A DNA stretch of 64,000 nucleotides from Escherichia coli. GTDB lineage: Bacteria > Pseudomonadota > Gammaproteobacteria > Enterobacterales > Enterobacteriaceae. The stretch lies in the NCBI RefSeq assembly GCF_965641715.1, contig NZ_OZ282453.1. One strand, given 5' to 3'. Shown here piece after piece: positions 43,741 to 56,512 of this stretch (its first letter is position 1; each line of letters starts with the position of its first letter). The notes under the pieces are model-generated. The model was given only the letters and a program-made list of their open reading frames with translations. It did no database searches and was not told where the DNA came from. Position numbers and translations under genes: made by a program.

Positions 43741-44781
43741 TTGAACATAGACACTCGCGAAATCACCCTGGAGCCAGCAGACAACGCGCGTCTGTTGAGC
43801 CTGTGCGGCCCGTTTGATGACAACATCAAGCAGCTCGAACGCCGTCTCGGCATCGAGATCAATCGCCGCGATAACCACTTTAAACTGACCGGCCGTCCGA
43901 TTTGCGTCACCGCTGCGGCAGACATTCTGCGTAGCCTGTATGTCGATACTGCCCCGATGCGCGGTCAGATTCAGGATATCGAACCGGAACAGATCCACCT
44001 TGCGATTAAAGAAGCGCGGGTATTGGAGCAAAGTGCGGAGAGCGTGCCGGAGTACGGCAAAGCGGTCAATATCAAAACCAAACGCGGCGTAATTAAGCCG
44101 CGCACGCCAAACCAGGCGCAGTACATCGCCAATATTCTCGACCATGACATTACCTTCGGCGTTGGCCCGGCGGGTACGGGTAAAACCTACCTGGCAGTGG
44201 CTGCGGCAGTTGATGCCCTGGAGCGTCAGGAAATTCGCCGTATTCTGCTGACTCGTCCGGCGGTCGAAGCCGGTGAGAAACTGGGCTTCCTGCCTGGCGA
44301 TTTAAGCCAGAAAGTAGACCCGTATCTGCGCCCACTGTACGACGCGCTGTTTGAAATGCTGGGCTTTGAGAAAGTCGAGAAACTGATTGAGCGCAACGTT
44401 ATTGAAGTCGCGCCGCTGGCCTATATGCGTGGTCGTACGCTGAATGACGCCTTTATCATTCTCGATGAGAGCCAGAACACCACCATCGAACAGATGAAGA
44501 TGTTCCTGACCCGTATCGGTTTTAACTCAAAAGCGGTTATCACCGGCGACGTCACACAGATCGACCTGCCGCGTAATACTAAATCAGGCTTACGTCATGC
44601 CATCGAAGTGCTGGCCGATGTCGAAGAGATCAGCTTTAACTTCTTCCACAGCGAAGACGTGGTTCGTCACCCGGTGGTGGCGCGTATCGTTAACGCCTAT
44701 GAAGCCTGGGAAGAAGCCGAACAAAAACGTAAAGCGGCGCTGGCGGCAGAACGCAAGCGCGAAGAACAGGAACAAAAATGA
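43741..44781 (+). CDS. ybeZ: PhoH-like ATPase YbeZ (346 aa, TTG start)
   Basis: Walker A GPAGTGKT; start set at the TTG giving (M)[11 protein letters not shown] by recognised length (track ORF begins 13 codons upstream). Confidence 0.8.
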
Positions 44782-45245
44782 GTCAGGTGATCCTCGATTT
44801 ACAACTGGCATGTGAAGACAACTCCGGATTGCCGGAAGAGAGCCAGTTTCAAACATGGCTGAATGCGGTGATCCCGCAGTTTCAGGAAGAGTCGGAAGTG
44901 ACGATTCGCGTGGTCGATACCGCCGAAAGCCACAGTCTCAATCTGACCTATCGCGGTAAGGATAAGCCGACCAACGTGCTCTCCTTCCCGTTTGAAGTGC
45001 CGCCTGGCATGGAGATGTCGCTACTGGGCGATCTGGTTATCTGCCGTCAGGTGGTTGAGAAGGAAGCTCAGGAGCAAGGCAAACCACTGGAGGCGCACTG
45101 GGCGCATATGGTGGTGCACGGCAGTCTGCATTTGTTAGGTTACGATCACATCGAAGATGACGAAGCAGAAGAAATGGAAGCCCTCGAAACAGAGATTATG
45201 CTTGCTCTGGGCTATGAGGATCCGTACATTGCCGAGAAAGAATAA
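44778..45245 (+). CDS. ybeY: endoribonuclease YbeY (155 aa)
   Basis: HxxxHxxxH zinc motif ([11 protein letters not shown]); 4-nt overlap with ybeZ. Confidence 0.95.
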
Positions 45246-45334
45246 TTTGCCAGGCATTTGACTGGCAGACGTCCCCGCCGTTGGTGATTAACGACGGCGT
45301 TTTGATTAACTAACATGAGAACCCATACGACGCC

Positions 45335-46213
45335 ATGAGCGACGACAATTCACACAGTAGTGACACGATAAGCAACAAGAAGGGATTTTTCTCCCTGTTA
45401 CTCAGCCAACTTTTCCACGGTGAACCGAAAAACCGTGACGAACTGCTGGCGCTGATCCGTGATTCCGGGCAGAACGACCTTATCGACGAAGATACGCGCG
45501 ATATGCTCGAAGGGGTGATGGACATCGCAGACCAACGCGTCCGCGACATCATGATCCCCCGCTCCCAGATGATTACCCTGAAACGCAACCAGACGCTGGA
45601 CGAATGCCTTGATGTCATCATCGAGTCCGCCCACTCACGTTTCCCGGTGATTAGCGAAGACAAAGATCACATTGAAGGGATTCTGATGGCGAAAGACTTG
45701 CTGCCGTTTATGCGCAGCGATGCTGAAGCCTTCAGCATGGACAAAGTGTTACGTCAGGCGGTTGTCGTTCCTGAAAGTAAGCGCGTAGACCGGATGCTGA
45801 AAGAGTTTCGCTCTCAGCGTTACCACATGGCGATCGTTATTGACGAATTCGGTGGGGTTTCCGGTCTGGTAACCATTGAAGACATCCTGGAACTGATTGT
45901 TGGTGAGATTGAAGACGAATATGACGAAGAAGATGATATCGACTTCCGTCAGCTGAGTCGTCATACCTGGACCGTGCGCGCACTGGCTTCCATTGAAGAC
46001 TTCAACGAAGCGTTCGGCACCCACTTTAGCGATGAAGAAGTCGACACTATCGGTGGTCTGGTGATGCAGGCATTTGGGCATCTTCCGGCACGTGGCGAAA
46101 CCATCGACATCGACGGTTACCAGTTCAAAGTGGCGATGGCCGACAGTCGGCGTATTATTCAGGTTCATGTCAAAATCCCGGATGACTCACCCCAGCCGAA
46201 GCTGGATGAATAA
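45335..46213 (+). CDS. corC: CBS-pair/CorC-domain Mg2+/Co2+ efflux-associated protein (292 aa)
   Basis: Tandem CBS domains plus C-terminal CorC_HlyC domain. Confidence 0.93.
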   Translation: MSDDNSHSSDTISNKKGFFSLLLSQLFHGEPKNRDELLALIRDSGQNDLIDEDTRDMLEGVMDIADQRVRDIMIPRSQMITLKRNQTLDECLDVIIESAHSRFPVISEDKDHIEGILMAKDLLPFMRSDAEAFSMDKVLRQAVVVPESKRVDRMLKEFRSQRYHMAIVIDEFGGVSGLVTIEDILELIVGEIEDEYDEEDDIDFRQLSRHTWTVRALASIEDFNEAFGTHFSDEEVDTIGGLVMQAFGHLPARGETIDIDGYQFKVAMADSRRIIQVHVKIPDDSPQPKLDE

Positions 46214-46237
46214 AACCGAAACTGGATAGATAACTAC

Positions 46238-47776
46238 ATGGCTTTTGCCTCATTAATTGAACGCCAGCGCATTCGCCTGCTGCTGGCGTTATTATTCGGT
46301 GCCTGCGGAACGCTGGCCTTCTCTCCTTACGATGTCTGGCCTGCGGCGATTATTTCGCTGATGGGGCTTCAGGCGCTGACCTTTAATCGCCGTCCACTCC
46401 AGTCTGCCGCTATTGGCTTTTGCTGGGGATTTGGCCTCTTTGGCAGCGGTATTAACTGGGTCTATGTCAGCATCGCGACCTTTGGCGGAATGCCTGGCCC
46501 GGTTAACATCTTCCTGGTGGTACTGCTGGCGGCGTATTTGTCGCTGTATACCGGACTGTTTGCTGGCGTGCTGTCGCGTCTGTGGCCGAAAACCACCTGG
46601 CTGCGCGTGGCGATTGCCGCTCCTGCTCTCTGGCAAGTGACCGAGTTTCTGCGCGGTTGGGTGCTGACTGGCTTCCCGTGGTTACAGTTCGGCTATAGCC
46701 AGATTGATGGCCCGTTAAAAGGGCTGGCACCGCTAATGGGCGTGGAAGCCATTAACTTCCTGCTGATGATGGTTAGCGGCCTGCTGGCACTGGCGTTAGT
46801 CAAACGCAACTGGCGTCCGCTGGTGGTGGCCGTCGTGCTGTTTGCCCTTCCCTTCCCGCTGCGTTACATCCAGTGGTTTACCCCGCAACCGGAGAAAACC
46901 ATTCAGGTTTCGATGGTTCAGGGCGATATTCCGCAATCGCTGAAATGGGACGAAGGCCAGCTTCTTAATACGCTGAAGATTTACTACAACGCAACGGCAC
47001 CGCTGATGGGCAAATCATCGTTGATTATCTGGCCGGAGTCGGCGATAACCGATCTGGAAATTAATCAGCAACCGTTCCTCAAAGCACTGGACGGTGAGTT
47101 GCGTGATAAAGGTAGCTCGCTGGTCACCGGGATTGTCGACGCGCGTCTCAATAAGCAGAACCGCTACGATACCTACAACACCATCATCACGCTGGGTAAA
47201 GGTGCACCGTACAGCTACGAATCAGCCGATCGTTATAACAAAAACCATCTGGTGCCGTTTGGCGAATTTGTCCCGCTGGAGTCGATTCTGCGTCCGTTAG
47301 CACCGTTCTTTGATCTGCCGATGTCGTCGTTCAGCCGTGGGCCATATATCCAGCCGCCGCTGTCGGCAAATGGTATTGAGCTTACTGCGGCTATTTGCTA
47401 CGAGATCATTCTCGGCGAGCAAGTGCGCGATAACTTCCGCCCGGATACCGACTATCTGCTGACTATCTCCAACGATGCGTGGTTTGGTAAGTCTATTGGT
47501 CCATGGCAGCACTTCCAGATGGCGCGAATGCGTGCGCTGGAGCTGGCGCGCCCACTGTTGCGCAGCACCAACAACGGCATTACGGCGGTGATTGGTCCGC
47601 AGGGTGAGATTCAGGCGATGATCCCTCAGTTCACCCGCGAAGTGTTGACCACTAACGTGACGCCGACCACCGGACTCACACCATACGCACGTACCGGCAA
47701 CTGGCCGCTGTGGGTGCTGACGGCACTGTTTGGTTTTGCCGCTGTGCTGATGAGTCTGCGTCAACGACGTAAATAA
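46238..47776 (+). CDS. lnt: apolipoprotein N-acyltransferase (512 aa)
   Basis: N-terminal polytopic membrane domain plus C-terminal nitrilase-like domain with catalytic Cys (AICYE). Confidence 0.95.
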   Translation: MAFASLIERQRIRLLLALLFGACGTLAFSPYDVWPAAIISLMGLQALTFNRRPLQSAAIGFCWGFGLFGSGINWVYVSIATFGGMPGPVNIFLVVLLAAYLSLYTGLFAGVLSRLWPKTTWLRVAIAAPALWQVTEFLRGWVLTGFPWLQFGYSQIDGPLKGLAPLMGVEAINFLLMMVSGLLALALVKRNWRPLVVAVVLFALPFPLRYIQWFTPQPEKTIQVSMVQGDIPQSLKWDEGQLLNTLKIYYNATAPLMGKSSLIIWPESAITDLEINQQPFLKALDGELRDKGSSLVTGIVDARLNKQNRYDTYNTIITLGKGAPYSYESADRYNKNHLVPFGEFVPLESILRPLAPFFDLPMSSFSRGPYIQPPLSANGIELTAAICYEIILGEQVRDNFRPDTDYLLTISNDAWFGKSIGPWQHFQMARMRALELARPLLRSTNNGITAVIGPQGEIQAMIPQFTREVLTTNVTPTTGLTPYARTGNWPLWVLTALFGFAAVLMSLRQRRK

Positions 47777-47787
47777 TCCCTTCTTAT

Positions 47788-47824
47788 CGTGCCGGAATAC
47801 ATCCCGTATTTCGGCACGCTCACC
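47788..47824 (+). terminator. hairpin terminator downstream of lnt
   Basis: cgtgccggaatacatcccgtatttcggcacg: 13-bp stem with one mismatch. Confidence 0.5.
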
Positions 47825-48172
47825 GGATTTGGCATCAGTGCGTTATCCGGTTAACAAAATTCCCCTATCCAACTTTGGCACATCTATTGCTTTGTTATAC
47901 AAGGCAAAGCTTGAACCAGCATCAGTACAACCCGGTTGCACCACAGCAATTCACCGGTAGCACCAAAAGAGTGCATTTTAAGAATTTTGCTTCGGAATGG
48001 TGCGGCGCACCTCCCAAATATAAACAATAAAACAGCAATATCTTTACATTTAGCCAAACTAAATGTTACCTAACAGGCACAACACTGCACAATAAAGTTG
48101 CAGATGATAACAACACAAACACTCACAACGGGTATCCATGCGTTCTTAACGCAGAAGATAAAGGAGTTGGAT

Positions 48173-49081
48173 ATGCAATTACGTAAACCTGCCACAGCAA
48201 TCCTCGCCCTGGCGCTTTCCGCAGGACTGGCACAGGCAGATGACGCCGCCCCGGCAGCAGGCAGTACGCTGGACAAAATCGCCAAAAACGGTGTGATTGT
48301 CGTCGGTCACCGTGAATCTTCAGTACCTTTCTCTTATTACGACAATCAGCAAAAAGTGGTGGGTTATTCGCAGGATTACTCCAACGCCATTGTTGAAGCA
48401 GTGAAAAAGAAACTCAACAAACCGGACTTGCAGGTGAAACTGATTCCGATCACCTCACAAAACCGTATTCCTCTTCTGCAAAACGGCACTTTCGATTTTG
48501 AATGTGGTTCTACCACCAACAACGTCGAACGCCAAAAACAGGCGGCTTTCTCTGACACTATTTTCGTGGTCGGTACGCGCCTGTTGACCAAAAAGGGCGG
48601 CGATATCAAAGATTTTGCCGACCTGAAAGACAAAGCCGTAGTCGTCACTTCCGGCACTACCTCTGAAGTTTTGCTCAACAAACTGAATGAAGAGCAAAAA
48701 ATGAATATGCGCATCATCAGCGCCAAAGATCACGGTGACTCTTTCCGCACCCTGGAAAGCGGTCGTGCCGTTGCCTTTATGATGGATGATGCCCTGCTGG
48801 CCGGTGAACGTGCGAAAGCGAAGAAACCAGACAACTGGGATATCGTCGGCAAGCCGCAGTCTCAGGAAGCCTACGGTTGCATGTTGCGTAAAGACGATCC
48901 GCAGTTCAAAAAGCTGATGGATGACACTATCGCTCAGGTGCAGACCTCCGGCGAAGCGGAAAAATGGTTTGATAAGTGGTTCAAAAATCCAATTCCGCCG
49001 AAAAACCTGAACATGAATTTCGAACTGTCAGACGAAATGAAAGCACTGTTCAAAGAACCGAATGACAAAGCACTGAACTAA
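48173..49081 (+). CDS. gltI: glutamate/aspartate ABC transporter periplasmic binding protein (302 aa)
   Basis: Starts MQLRKPATAILALALSAGLAQA (signal peptide); the track ORF carries a 25-codon upstream extension. Confidence 0.95.
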   Translation: MQLRKPATAILALALSAGLAQADDAAPAAGSTLDKIAKNGVIVVGHRESSVPFSYYDNQQKVVGYSQDYSNAIVEAVKKKLNKPDLQVKLIPITSQNRIPLLQNGTFDFECGSTTNNVERQKQAAFSDTIFVVGTRLLTKKGGDIKDFADLKDKAVVVTSGTTSEVLLNKLNEEQKMNMRIISAKDHGDSFRTLESGRAVAFMMDDALLAGERAKAKKPDNWDIVGKPQSQEAYGCMLRKDDPQFKKLMDDTIAQVQTSGEAEKWFDKWFKNPIPPKNLNMNFELSDEMKALFKEPNDKALN

Positions 49082-49084
49082 TTA

Positions 49085-49240
49085 CAAGAACCAGGGGCGG
49101 AAATTCTAGCCCTCTCGATTGTTACGTAGCACGGACAGACTATACGCCTGATGGTCGTTCCCCATCGGGCCTGAAAACCGCAATACGCTGGGTAACAATC
49201 TTCGAGGGTAGCAGTTAACGCTGCTACCCTCTTTTTTCTG
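49085..49240 (+). ncRNA. sroC: SroC-type sRNA region in the gltI-gltJ spacer (processed from the gltIJKL mRNA)
   Basis: Position equivalent to the known SroC locus; spacer ends in a strong hairpin gagggtagcagttaacgctgctaccctctttttt (about 49204-49236); exact ends not determinable from sequence. Confidence 0.45.
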
Positions 49241-49250
49241 GAGTAGATTT

Positions 49251-49991
49251 ATGTCTATAGACTGGAACTGGGGTATTTTTTTACAACAAGCCCCGTTCGG
49301 CAACACCACCTATCTTGGTTGGATCTGGAGTGGTTTTCAGGTGACGATCGCTTTGTCGATCTGCGCCTGGATTATCGCTTTCCTCGTCGGTTCATTTTTC
49401 GGCATTTTACGTACCGTTCCAAACCGTTTTCTCTCCGGTCTGGGTACGTTGTATGTCGAACTGTTCCGCAACGTGCCGTTGATTGTGCAATTCTTTACCT
49501 GGTATCTGGTGATCCCGGAGCTGTTGCCGGAGAAAATCGGCATGTGGTTTAAGGCCGAGCTGGATCCCAATATTCAGTTTTTCCTTTCATCCATGCTCTG
49601 CCTGGGGCTGTTTACCGCCGCCCGTGTTTGCGAACAGGTACGCGCCGCCATTCAGTCGCTGCCGCGCGGGCAAAAAAATGCCGCGCTGGCGATGGGGCTG
49701 ACGCTGCCGCAGGCTTACCGCTATGTACTGTTGCCTAATGCTTATCGCGTTATCGTCCCGCCGATGACTTCCGAGATGATGAACCTGGTGAAAAACTCCG
49801 CCATCGCCTCGACTATCGGTCTGGTGGATATGGCGGCGCAGGCGGGTAAATTGCTCGATTACTCGGCCCACGCCTGGGAGTCGTTTACCGCCATCACGCT
49901 GGCGTATGTGTTGATTAACGCGGTTATCATGCTGGTGATGACGCTGGTTGAACGTAAAGTTCGCCTGCCCGGCAACATGGGGGGCAAATAA
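49251..49991 (+). CDS. gltJ: glutamate/aspartate ABC transporter permease (246 aa)
   Basis: [24 protein letters not shown]...; ABC permease signature region. Confidence 0.95.
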   Translation: MSIDWNWGIFLQQAPFGNTTYLGWIWSGFQVTIALSICAWIIAFLVGSFFGILRTVPNRFLSGLGTLYVELFRNVPLIVQFFTWYLVIPELLPEKIGMWFKAELDPNIQFFLSSMLCLGLFTAARVCEQVRAAIQSLPRGQKNAALAMGLTLPQAYRYVLLPNAYRVIVPPMTSEMMNLVKNSAIASTIGLVDMAAQAGKLLDYSAHAWESFTAITLAYVLINAVIMLVMTLVERKVRLPGNMGGK

Positions 49992-50665
49992 TGTACGAGT
50001 TTGACTGGAGTTCTATTGTCCCTTCCCTGCCGTATCTGCTGGATGGGCTGGTGATCACCCTGAAAATCACCGTCACGGCAGTCGTGATTGGTATTTTGTG
50101 GGGCACCATGCTGGCGGTGATGCGCTTGTCCAGCTTTGCGCCCGTAGCGTGGTTTGCCAAAGCCTACGTTAACGTATTCCGCTCGATTCCTTTAGTTATG
50201 GTTTTGCTGTGGTTTTACCTGATTGTGCCGGGTTTTCTGCAAAACGTGCTGGGATTATCGCCAAAAAATGATATCCGTTTAATTTCGGCGATGGTGGCGT
50301 TTTCGATGTTTGAAGCGGCCTACTATTCAGAGATTATCCGTGCCGGTATTCAAAGTATTTCTCGTGGTCAGTCGAGCGCCGCGCTGGCGTTGGGAATGAC
50401 TCACTTGCAGTCGATGAAACTGATTATTCTGCCGCAGGCGTTCCGCGCGATGGTGCCGCTGCTGCTCACTCAGGGCATCGTACTGTTCCAGGATACCTCG
50501 CTGGTGTATGTGTTATCTCTGGCCGATTTCTTCCGTACCGCCTCAACCATTGGTGAGCGTGATGGTACGCAGGTTGAGATGATCCTGTTTGCCGGATTTG
50601 TTTATTTCGTTATTAGCCTTAGCGCGTCGTTGTTGGTCAGCTACTTGAAAAGAAGGACAGCATAA
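49991..50665 (+). CDS. gltK: glutamate/aspartate ABC transporter permease (224 aa)
   Basis: Overlaps the gltJ stop by 1 nt; ABC permease. Confidence 0.95.
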   Translation: MYEFDWSSIVPSLPYLLDGLVITLKITVTAVVIGILWGTMLAVMRLSSFAPVAWFAKAYVNVFRSIPLVMVLLWFYLIVPGFLQNVLGLSPKNDIRLISAMVAFSMFEAAYYSEIIRAGIQSISRGQSSAALALGMTHLQSMKLIILPQAFRAMVPLLLTQGIVLFQDTSLVYVLSLADFFRTASTIGERDGTQVEMILFAGFVYFVISLSASLLVSYLKRRTA

Positions 50666-51390
50666 TGATTACCCTGAAAAATGTTTCAAAATGGTATGGT
50701 CACTTTCAGGTGCTGACCGACTGCTCAACCGAAGTGAAAAAAGGCGAAGTAGTGGTGGTTTGCGGCCCGTCTGGTTCCGGCAAATCAACGCTGATTAAAA
50801 CCGTCAACGGCCTCGAACCTGTGCAGCAAGGTGAAATCACCGTCGATGGTATCGTGGTTAACGACAAGAAAACCGATCTGGCAAAGCTGCGTTCTCGCGT
50901 CGGGATGGTATTCCAGCATTTCGAGCTGTTCCCTCATCTGTCGATTATCGAAAACCTGACCCTGGCGCAGGTGAAAGTGCTTAAACGCGATAAAGCGCCG
51001 GCTCGTGAAAAAGCATTGAAATTGCTGGAGCGCGTGGGACTTTCCGCACATGCCAATAAATTTCCGGCGCAGCTTTCCGGCGGCCAGCAGCAGCGTGTGG
51101 CAATTGCTCGCGCATTGTGTATGGATCCTATTGCGATGCTGTTCGACGAACCCACATCGGCACTAGACCCGGAGATGATCAACGAAGTACTGGACGTGAT
51201 GGTGGAACTGGCGAACGAGGGGATGACCATGATGGTGGTGACCCACGAAATGGGCTTTGCCCGTAAAGTGGCGAATCGGGTGATCTTTATGGATGAGGGT
51301 AAAATTGTCGAAGACTCGCCGAAAGACGCTTTCTTCGATGATCCGAAATCGGACCGCGCAAAAGACTTCCTCGCGAAAATCCTGCATTAA
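50665..51390 (+). CDS. gltL: glutamate/aspartate ABC transporter ATP-binding protein (241 aa)
   Basis: Walker [13 protein letters not shown] signature LSGGQQQR, Walker [12 protein letters not shown]. Confidence 0.96.
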   Translation: MITLKNVSKWYGHFQVLTDCSTEVKKGEVVVVCGPSGSGKSTLIKTVNGLEPVQQGEITVDGIVVNDKKTDLAKLRSRVGMVFQHFELFPHLSIIENLTLAQVKVLKRDKAPAREKALKLLERVGLSAHANKFPAQLSGGQQQRVAIARALCMDPIAMLFDEPTSALDPEMINEVLDVMVELANEGMTMMVVTHEMGFARKVANRVIFMDEGKIVEDSPKDAFFDDPKSDRAKDFLAKILH

Positions 51391-51394
51391 TCAC

Positions 51395-51425
51395 TCTGGC
51401 GCGCATACCCAATTGCGCGCCATCT
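51395..51425 (+). terminator. hairpin terminator downstream of gltL
   Basis: ctggcgcgcatacccaattgcgcgccatc. Confidence 0.5.
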
Positions 51426-51507
51426 CACGCTTTATCGTTTCGCCCCTCGTATCTGTTACATCCTGGCGTTACCCTTGTCGCAAAGAAGCACACAACAAGG
51501 AGCAACA

Positions 51508-52443
51508 ATGGCACTGCCAATTCTGTTAGATTGCGACCCAGGTCATGATGACGCTATCGCAATAGTTCTCGCCCTCGCCTCACCAGAGCTTGATGTCAAA
51601 GCAATTACGTCTTCCGCCGGAAACCAGACACCAGAAAAAACCTTACGCAATGTTCTGCGTATGCTGACCTTGCTTAATCGCACCGATATTCCGGTGGCAG
51701 GCGGCGCGGTAAAACCGTTAATGCGTGAGTTGATTATCGCGGACAATGTGCACGGCGAAAGCGGTCTCGACGGCCCGGCATTACCGGAACCGACGTTTGC
51801 ACCGCAAAAGTGTACGGCGGTGGAGCTGATGGCGAAAACGCTACGTGAAAGTGCGGAACCTGTCACCATTGTTTCTACCGGACCGCAAACTAACGTTGCT
51901 TTGCTGCTCAATAGCCATCCGGAACTGCATAGCAAAATTGCCCGTATCGTGATTATGGGCGGCGCAATGGGGCTGGGTAACTGGACGCCTGCGGCTGAAT
52001 TTAATATTTACGTTGACCCGGAAGCGGCAGAAATTGTATTCCAGTCAGGGATCCCGGTGGTGATGGCCGGTCTGGATGTTACTCACAAAGCACAAATTCA
52101 CGGTGAGGACACCGAGCGTTTCCGCGCGATTGGCAACCCTGTTTCAACCATTGTTGCCGAACTGCTGGATTTCTTCCTCGAATATCATAAAGACGAAAAA
52201 TGGGGCTTTGTCGGCGCACCGCTGCATGACCCATGCACCATCGCCTGGCTGTTGAAACCCGAGTTGTTTACCACTGTTGAGCGCTGGGTTGGCGTGGAAA
52301 CACAGGGGAAATATACCCAGGGGATGACGGTTGTTGATTATTATTATCTGACTGGCAATAAACCGAATGCCACTGTAATGGTCGATGTTGATCGTCAGGG
52401 CTTTGTTGATTTACTGGCTGATCGTCTGAAATTTTACGCTTAA
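51508..52443 (+). CDS. rihA: pyrimidine-specific ribonucleoside hydrolase RihA (311 aa)
   Basis: Starts [18 protein letters not shown] (DxDxxxDD nucleoside hydrolase motif); the track ORF has an 11-codon extension. Confidence 0.95.
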   Translation: MALPILLDCDPGHDDAIAIVLALASPELDVKAITSSAGNQTPEKTLRNVLRMLTLLNRTDIPVAGGAVKPLMRELIIADNVHGESGLDGPALPEPTFAPQKCTAVELMAKTLRESAEPVTIVSTGPQTNVALLLNSHPELHSKIARIVIMGGAMGLGNWTPAAEFNIYVDPEAAEIVFQSGIPVVMAGLDVTHKAQIHGEDTERFRAIGNPVSTIVAELLDFFLEYHKDEKWGFVGAPLHDPCTIAWLLKPELFTTVERWVGVETQGKYTQGMTVVDYYYLTGNKPNATVMVDVDRQGFVDLLADRLKFYA

Positions 52444-52454
52444 CACACGTCATT

Positions 52455-52500
52455 GATTAAGATCACCACGCGTTACCTGGGTGGTCTTAATCTGTTTATC
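52455..52500 (+). terminator. intrinsic terminator downstream of rihA
   Basis: gattaagatcaccacgcgttacctgggtggtcttaatc followed by a T-rich tract. Confidence 0.55.
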
Positions 52501-52526
52501 TCTTTTTCTTTCAAGATATAAATGCA

Positions 52527-54197
52527 ATGGATAATGCAGAACTCGCCATTGGTATCGATCTCGGTACTACCAATAGTTTAATTGCCGTCTGGAAAGACGG
52601 TGCCGCGCAATTAATTCCAAATAAGTTCGGTGAATATTTAACACCATCCATAATTAGCATGGATGAAAATAATCATATTTTAGTCGGAAAACCGGCTGTA
52701 TCACGGCGCACTTCGCATCCGGATAAAACGGCAGCGTTATTTAAACGTGCAATGGGCAGTAATACCAACTGGCGGTTAGGCAGCGACACATTTAACGCGC
52801 CAGAACTGTCCTCTTTGGTATTACGCTCATTAAAAGAAGATGCCGAAGAATTTCTGCAACGTCCGATTAAAGATGTGGTGATCTCTGTTCCGGCTTATTT
52901 CAGCGATGAACAACGCAAGCATACCCGTTTAGCAGCGGAGTTAGCCGGTTTAAATGCGGTACGCTTAATTAATGAACCCACAGCAGCTGCGATGGCGTAT
53001 GGCCTGCATACCCAACAAAATACCCGTTCGCTGGTGTTTGATCTCGGTGGCGGCACGTTTGACGTTACGGTGCTTGAGTACGCCACGCCGGTGATTGAAG
53101 TTCACGCCTCCGCTGGCGACAACTTCCTCGGTGGCGAAGATTTTACCCATATGCTGGTCGATGAGGTTTTAAAACGCGCGGATGTCGCCAGGACCACGCT
53201 TAACGAGAGTGAACTGGCAGCCTTGTATGCCTGTGTGGAAGCGGCAAAATGTAGCAATCAATCGCCAATGCACATTCGCTGGCAGTACCAGGATGAAACG
53301 CGGGAATGCGAATTTTACGAGAACGAACTGGAAGATTTGTGGTTGCCGCTGCTCAATCGCTTGCGAGTGCCGATTGAACAGGCGTTGCGCGATGCGCGTC
53401 TGAAGCCGAGTCAAATCGACAGTCTGGTGCTGGTTGGCGGCGCGTCACAAATGCCGCTGGTGCAGCGAATCGCCGTGCGTCTGTTTGGCAAATTACCGTA
53501 TCAAAGTTACGATCCGAGCACCATTGTCGCGCTGGGCGCAGCAATCCAGGCTGCCTGCCGCTTACGCAGTGAAGATATTGAAGAAGTGATCCTCACTGAT
53601 ATTTGCCCTTACTCGTTGGGCGTTGAGGTTAACCGTCAGGGCGTTTCCGGCATTTTCTCGCCGATTATTGAACGAAACACCACTGTGCCCGTGTCGCGTG
53701 TAGAAACTTATTCAACCATGCACCCGGAACAGGATTCAATTACGGTTAACGTCTATCAGGGAGAAAACCACAAAGTTAAAAACAACATTCTGGTGGAATC
53801 CTTCGATGTGCCGTTGAAGAAAACCGGGGCTTATCAGTCGATTGATATTCGCTTTAGTTATGATATCAACGGTTTGCTTGAAGTTGACGTGCTTCTGGAA
53901 GACGGCAGCGTTAAGTCCAGAGTGATTAACCACAGCCCGGTAACATTGAGCGCGCAGCAGATTGAAGAGAGTCGGACGCGGTTATCCGCATTGAAAATTT
54001 ATCCGCGCGATATGCTCATCAATCGTACCTTTAAAGCCAAACTGGAAGAGTTGTGGGCGCGGGCGCTGGGTGACGAGCGAGAAGAGATTGGCCGGGTGAT
54101 CACCGATTTTGATGCGGCGCTGCAGTCAAACGATATGGCCCGCGTCGATGAGGTCAGGCGGCGGGCGAGCGTTTATTTAGCCATTGAGATCCCATAA
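52527..54197 (+). CDS. hscC: Hsp70-family chaperone HscC (556 aa)
   Basis: Hsp70 ATPase signatures (IGIDLGTTNS, DLGGGTFD); no long C-terminal lid. Confidence 0.95.
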   Translation: MDNAELAIGIDLGTTNSLIAVWKDGAAQLIPNKFGEYLTPSIISMDENNHILVGKPAVSRRTSHPDKTAALFKRAMGSNTNWRLGSDTFNAPELSSLVLRSLKEDAEEFLQRPIKDVVISVPAYFSDEQRKHTRLAAELAGLNAVRLINEPTAAAMAYGLHTQQNTRSLVFDLGGGTFDVTVLEYATPVIEVHASAGDNFLGGEDFTHMLVDEVLKRADVARTTLNESELAALYACVEAAKCSNQSPMHIRWQYQDETRECEFYENELEDLWLPLLNRLRVPIEQALRDARLKPSQIDSLVLVGGASQMPLVQRIAVRLFGKLPYQSYDPSTIVALGAAIQAACRLRSEDIEEVILTDICPYSLGVEVNRQGVSGIFSPIIERNTTVPVSRVETYSTMHPEQDSITVNVYQGENHKVKNNILVESFDVPLKKTGAYQSIDIRFSYDINGLLEVDVLLEDGSVKSRVINHSPVTLSAQQIEESRTRLSALKIYPRDMLINRTFKAKLEELWARALGDEREEIGRVITDFDAALQSNDMARVDEVRRRASVYLAIEIP

Positions 54198-54199
54198 TC

Positions 54200-54245
54200 A
54201 CGGCTGCCGGATGCGGCGTAAATGCTGCATCCGGCATCGGCGCAA
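54200..54245. repeat. REP-like palindrome between convergent hscC and djlC
   Basis: cggctgccggatgcggcgtaaatgctgcatccggcatcggcgc. Confidence 0.6.
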
Positions 54246-54256
54246 AAAACACATCG

Positions 54257-55708
54257 TCAACTAAACACCATCGCGATTTTGCCGAGAGCATAACCTATCA
54301 CCAGCACCGTTAAGCTGATTTTGATAATGCTGGTAATGCTCTGTGGTTTTTCATCCTCATCATTTTTTTCTTCATGGTTTTCAGGTATTGGCTCATCGAC
54401 ATCTTCATCCCCCGGCTCGAGTTTCACTTTCGTCAACAGCATCCGGGTGATAATGGCCTCTAATGGATGAGCATCTCCACCTTCCAGCCTTGTATTAAGA
54501 CGGGCCAGCATCTCTTGTTTCGGAAACGCTTCAAGTACTACCTGTTCCGCTACCCGATACAAATCCAGTAACGGTGAATCTTCTTCTGTCTCGCTACCGA
54601 CTCTCGATTTCCACCACGCCCATGCTTTGCGTTTGAAGAATAGCGACTCAATAAACGATTGACCTAACGGCGATAATTTTCCGCTATGTAAAATTTCCGC
54701 CCATAACAGCCGCGTCCGGGCGCTCTCACCAGGAACATATTTCAGCGGTTGACCTTGCGCATCTACCATGCTCCGCGCTTCGATAACCATCACTAATAAC
54801 GCGAAATAATCCGGGCAATGACGCTTGCTCCACTGCAACAACAAATTATCAGCTTGTGTAGATGGGTAACTTCCCCAGTACGCGCAGAGATCGGCAAGCA
54901 GGCTTTCCCCCTCGCCGCAGTACAAACGTTGTGCACACTGGTAATACCGGGCATCTTCGCTTTCTGGTTCTTCCGTTTGCCACTGTTGGGCAACAGGAAT
55001 GAGTTCCGCCATACCTGTTTGCACCGAGCTGTACCAGCGCAACAGTTTGCGATGTAACTTTGCATCATCAGGAATGAACCACGGACCTTCCATCGCCAAA
55101 AACGCAGTGACATAGTCAGGATGGTAATGGCAGCAACGTTCCAGCGCGAAGTAATATTCAACAGTCTGGTTCTGCAACGCAACGGGATATTCCAGAAGGC
55201 CAAGGAAATCGAAACAATCACCAGCCTGAATGGCCTCAAGAAAAGCCTCCCTTTCTTCCTCATCTATTCCTTCGCTGTCATTAAACGAATGCCAGTTCAA
55301 ACGCTCTGCCAGCAAAGAAGCACAATTTAATGAAAGATATCGCGCTTCTATAGCGATTGCACACAGCGGCCAGCGTAATTGATCGACATCCTCCATGTTC
55401 CAGGTATTTAATTGCTGAATAAATTTCTGCCAGGCGGAAGGCTGAAAACGATCACTTTCTGAATCCAGTAATGTCCTGAATGCACGTAGTATTTCATGTT
55501 CAGCGGCGGCATCTTTTTCTTCATCATCTGCTTCCTCGACAGGATTTACCGCCAGTCGCAGCGCCTCTTCATAGGCCTGGCGTAATGCTTTAAACCCCTG
55601 CGGATCGGTTTCGGGATGACATAACGGTAAGCGAGCAAGATAAGCCTGGCGGATAATGTCTATTTGCGTCGTGCTTTCAATTTCGAGGATTTGCCAACAT
55701 GTTTTCAT
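54257..55708 (-). CDS. djlC: J-domain-like co-chaperone of HscC, tail-anchored (483 aa)
   Basis: N-terminal J-like segment ([33 protein letters not shown]); C-terminal hydrophobic helix ([25 protein letters not shown]). Confidence 0.9.
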   Translation of the reverse strand: MKTCWQILEIESTTQIDIIRQAYLARLPLCHPETDPQGFKALRQAYEEALRLAVNPVEEADDEEKDAAAEHEILRAFRTLLDSESDRFQPSAWQKFIQQLNTWNMEDVDQLRWPLCAIAIEARYLSLNCASLLAERLNWHSFNDSEGIDEEEREAFLEAIQAGDCFDFLGLLEYPVALQNQTVEYYFALERCCHYHPDYVTAFLAMEGPWFIPDDAKLHRKLLRWYSSVQTGMAELIPVAQQWQTEEPESEDARYYQCAQRLYCGEGESLLADLCAYWGSYPSTQADNLLLQWSKRHCPDYFALLVMVIEARSMVDAQGQPLKYVPGESARTRLLWAEILHSGKLSPLGQSFIESLFFKRKAWAWWKSRVGSETEEDSPLLDLYRVAEQVVLEAFPKQEMLARLNTRLEGGDAHPLEAIITRMLLTKVKLEPGDEDVDEPIPENHEEKNDEDEKPQSITSIIKISLTVLVIGYALGKIAMVFS

Positions 55709-56412
55709 AGGTCGCTCACATCCTTAAGCGTTACCGGGCATTCAGGCTGGACAGTTAATGGCTGCCAGGGAAGCGTGGCATAGAAACGATCGCTTCCCGC
55801 TGCCAGTTCTTCGAACATACGACTCCCGGCGCTATCGTATTTGTACAGGGTTAGCGCCTCGCGTAGCGAAGTGTTGTCTTCGCACTGAGAAGATTGCCAG
55901 TAGAGACGCCCTAGTGAATAGGCAGAAAAATAGTGCATCCAGCTGTGATAGTAATGGTGAGCTCGTACATAGACGCGCGATTGCAGCCATAAACTCTCGT
56001 CTTCCGTCAGCCACTTGTTGAGCACACCGACCCGTGACAGAAACCCCATTCGAACATAATCCCAAGCTTTGATTCCCCCTTCTCCACAGCACATAGCGGT
56101 TTGGGCAACGAATTGGGTATAAATCAACCCTCTCTCCGAGCCACCAGCAATTAATGCTTTCCACTCTTCAGGGGAAGAGCGATGCCATGTCAGATATAAG
56201 CCAGCTAAATCATTAGCATGACCATCATCAGTCATCTGATAAATAGTCTGAATTAAATCATCACGATTATTTATTCCCCAGGATGATGAGAGATCGAATT
56301 CTTTTATCCCGGTATACATTTTTGGCGAGTCATGCGCGGGTTTGCAACCCTGATTAAGTATTTCCATGGGCGCAGAAAGCGCAAAAAGAAGATATTGTTC
56401 TTCCTTATTCAT
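55705..56412 (-). CDS. ybeU: DUF1266 protein (235 aa), paralog of YbeR
   Basis: 4-nt overlap with djlC; high similarity to the 58501-59208 ORF. Confidence 0.88.
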   Translation of the reverse strand: MNKEEQYLLFALSAPMEILNQGCKPAHDSPKMYTGIKEFDLSSSWGINNRDDLIQTIYQMTDDGHANDLAGLYLTWHRSSPEEWKALIAGGSERGLIYTQFVAQTAMCCGEGGIKAWDYVRMGFLSRVGVLNKWLTEDESLWLQSRVYVRAHHYYHSWMHYFSAYSLGRLYWQSSQCEDNTSLREALTLYKYDSAGSRMFEELAAGSDRFYATLPWQPLTVQPECPVTLKDVSDL

Positions 56413-56512
56413 TTGTTAATAATCCCTTAAATGCATTAACTGACTACTTTTTATTATTGATGAGTATAAACTTGACGCTTTCAAAATAAAAAGAAAATCG
56501 AAGCATTCACAC

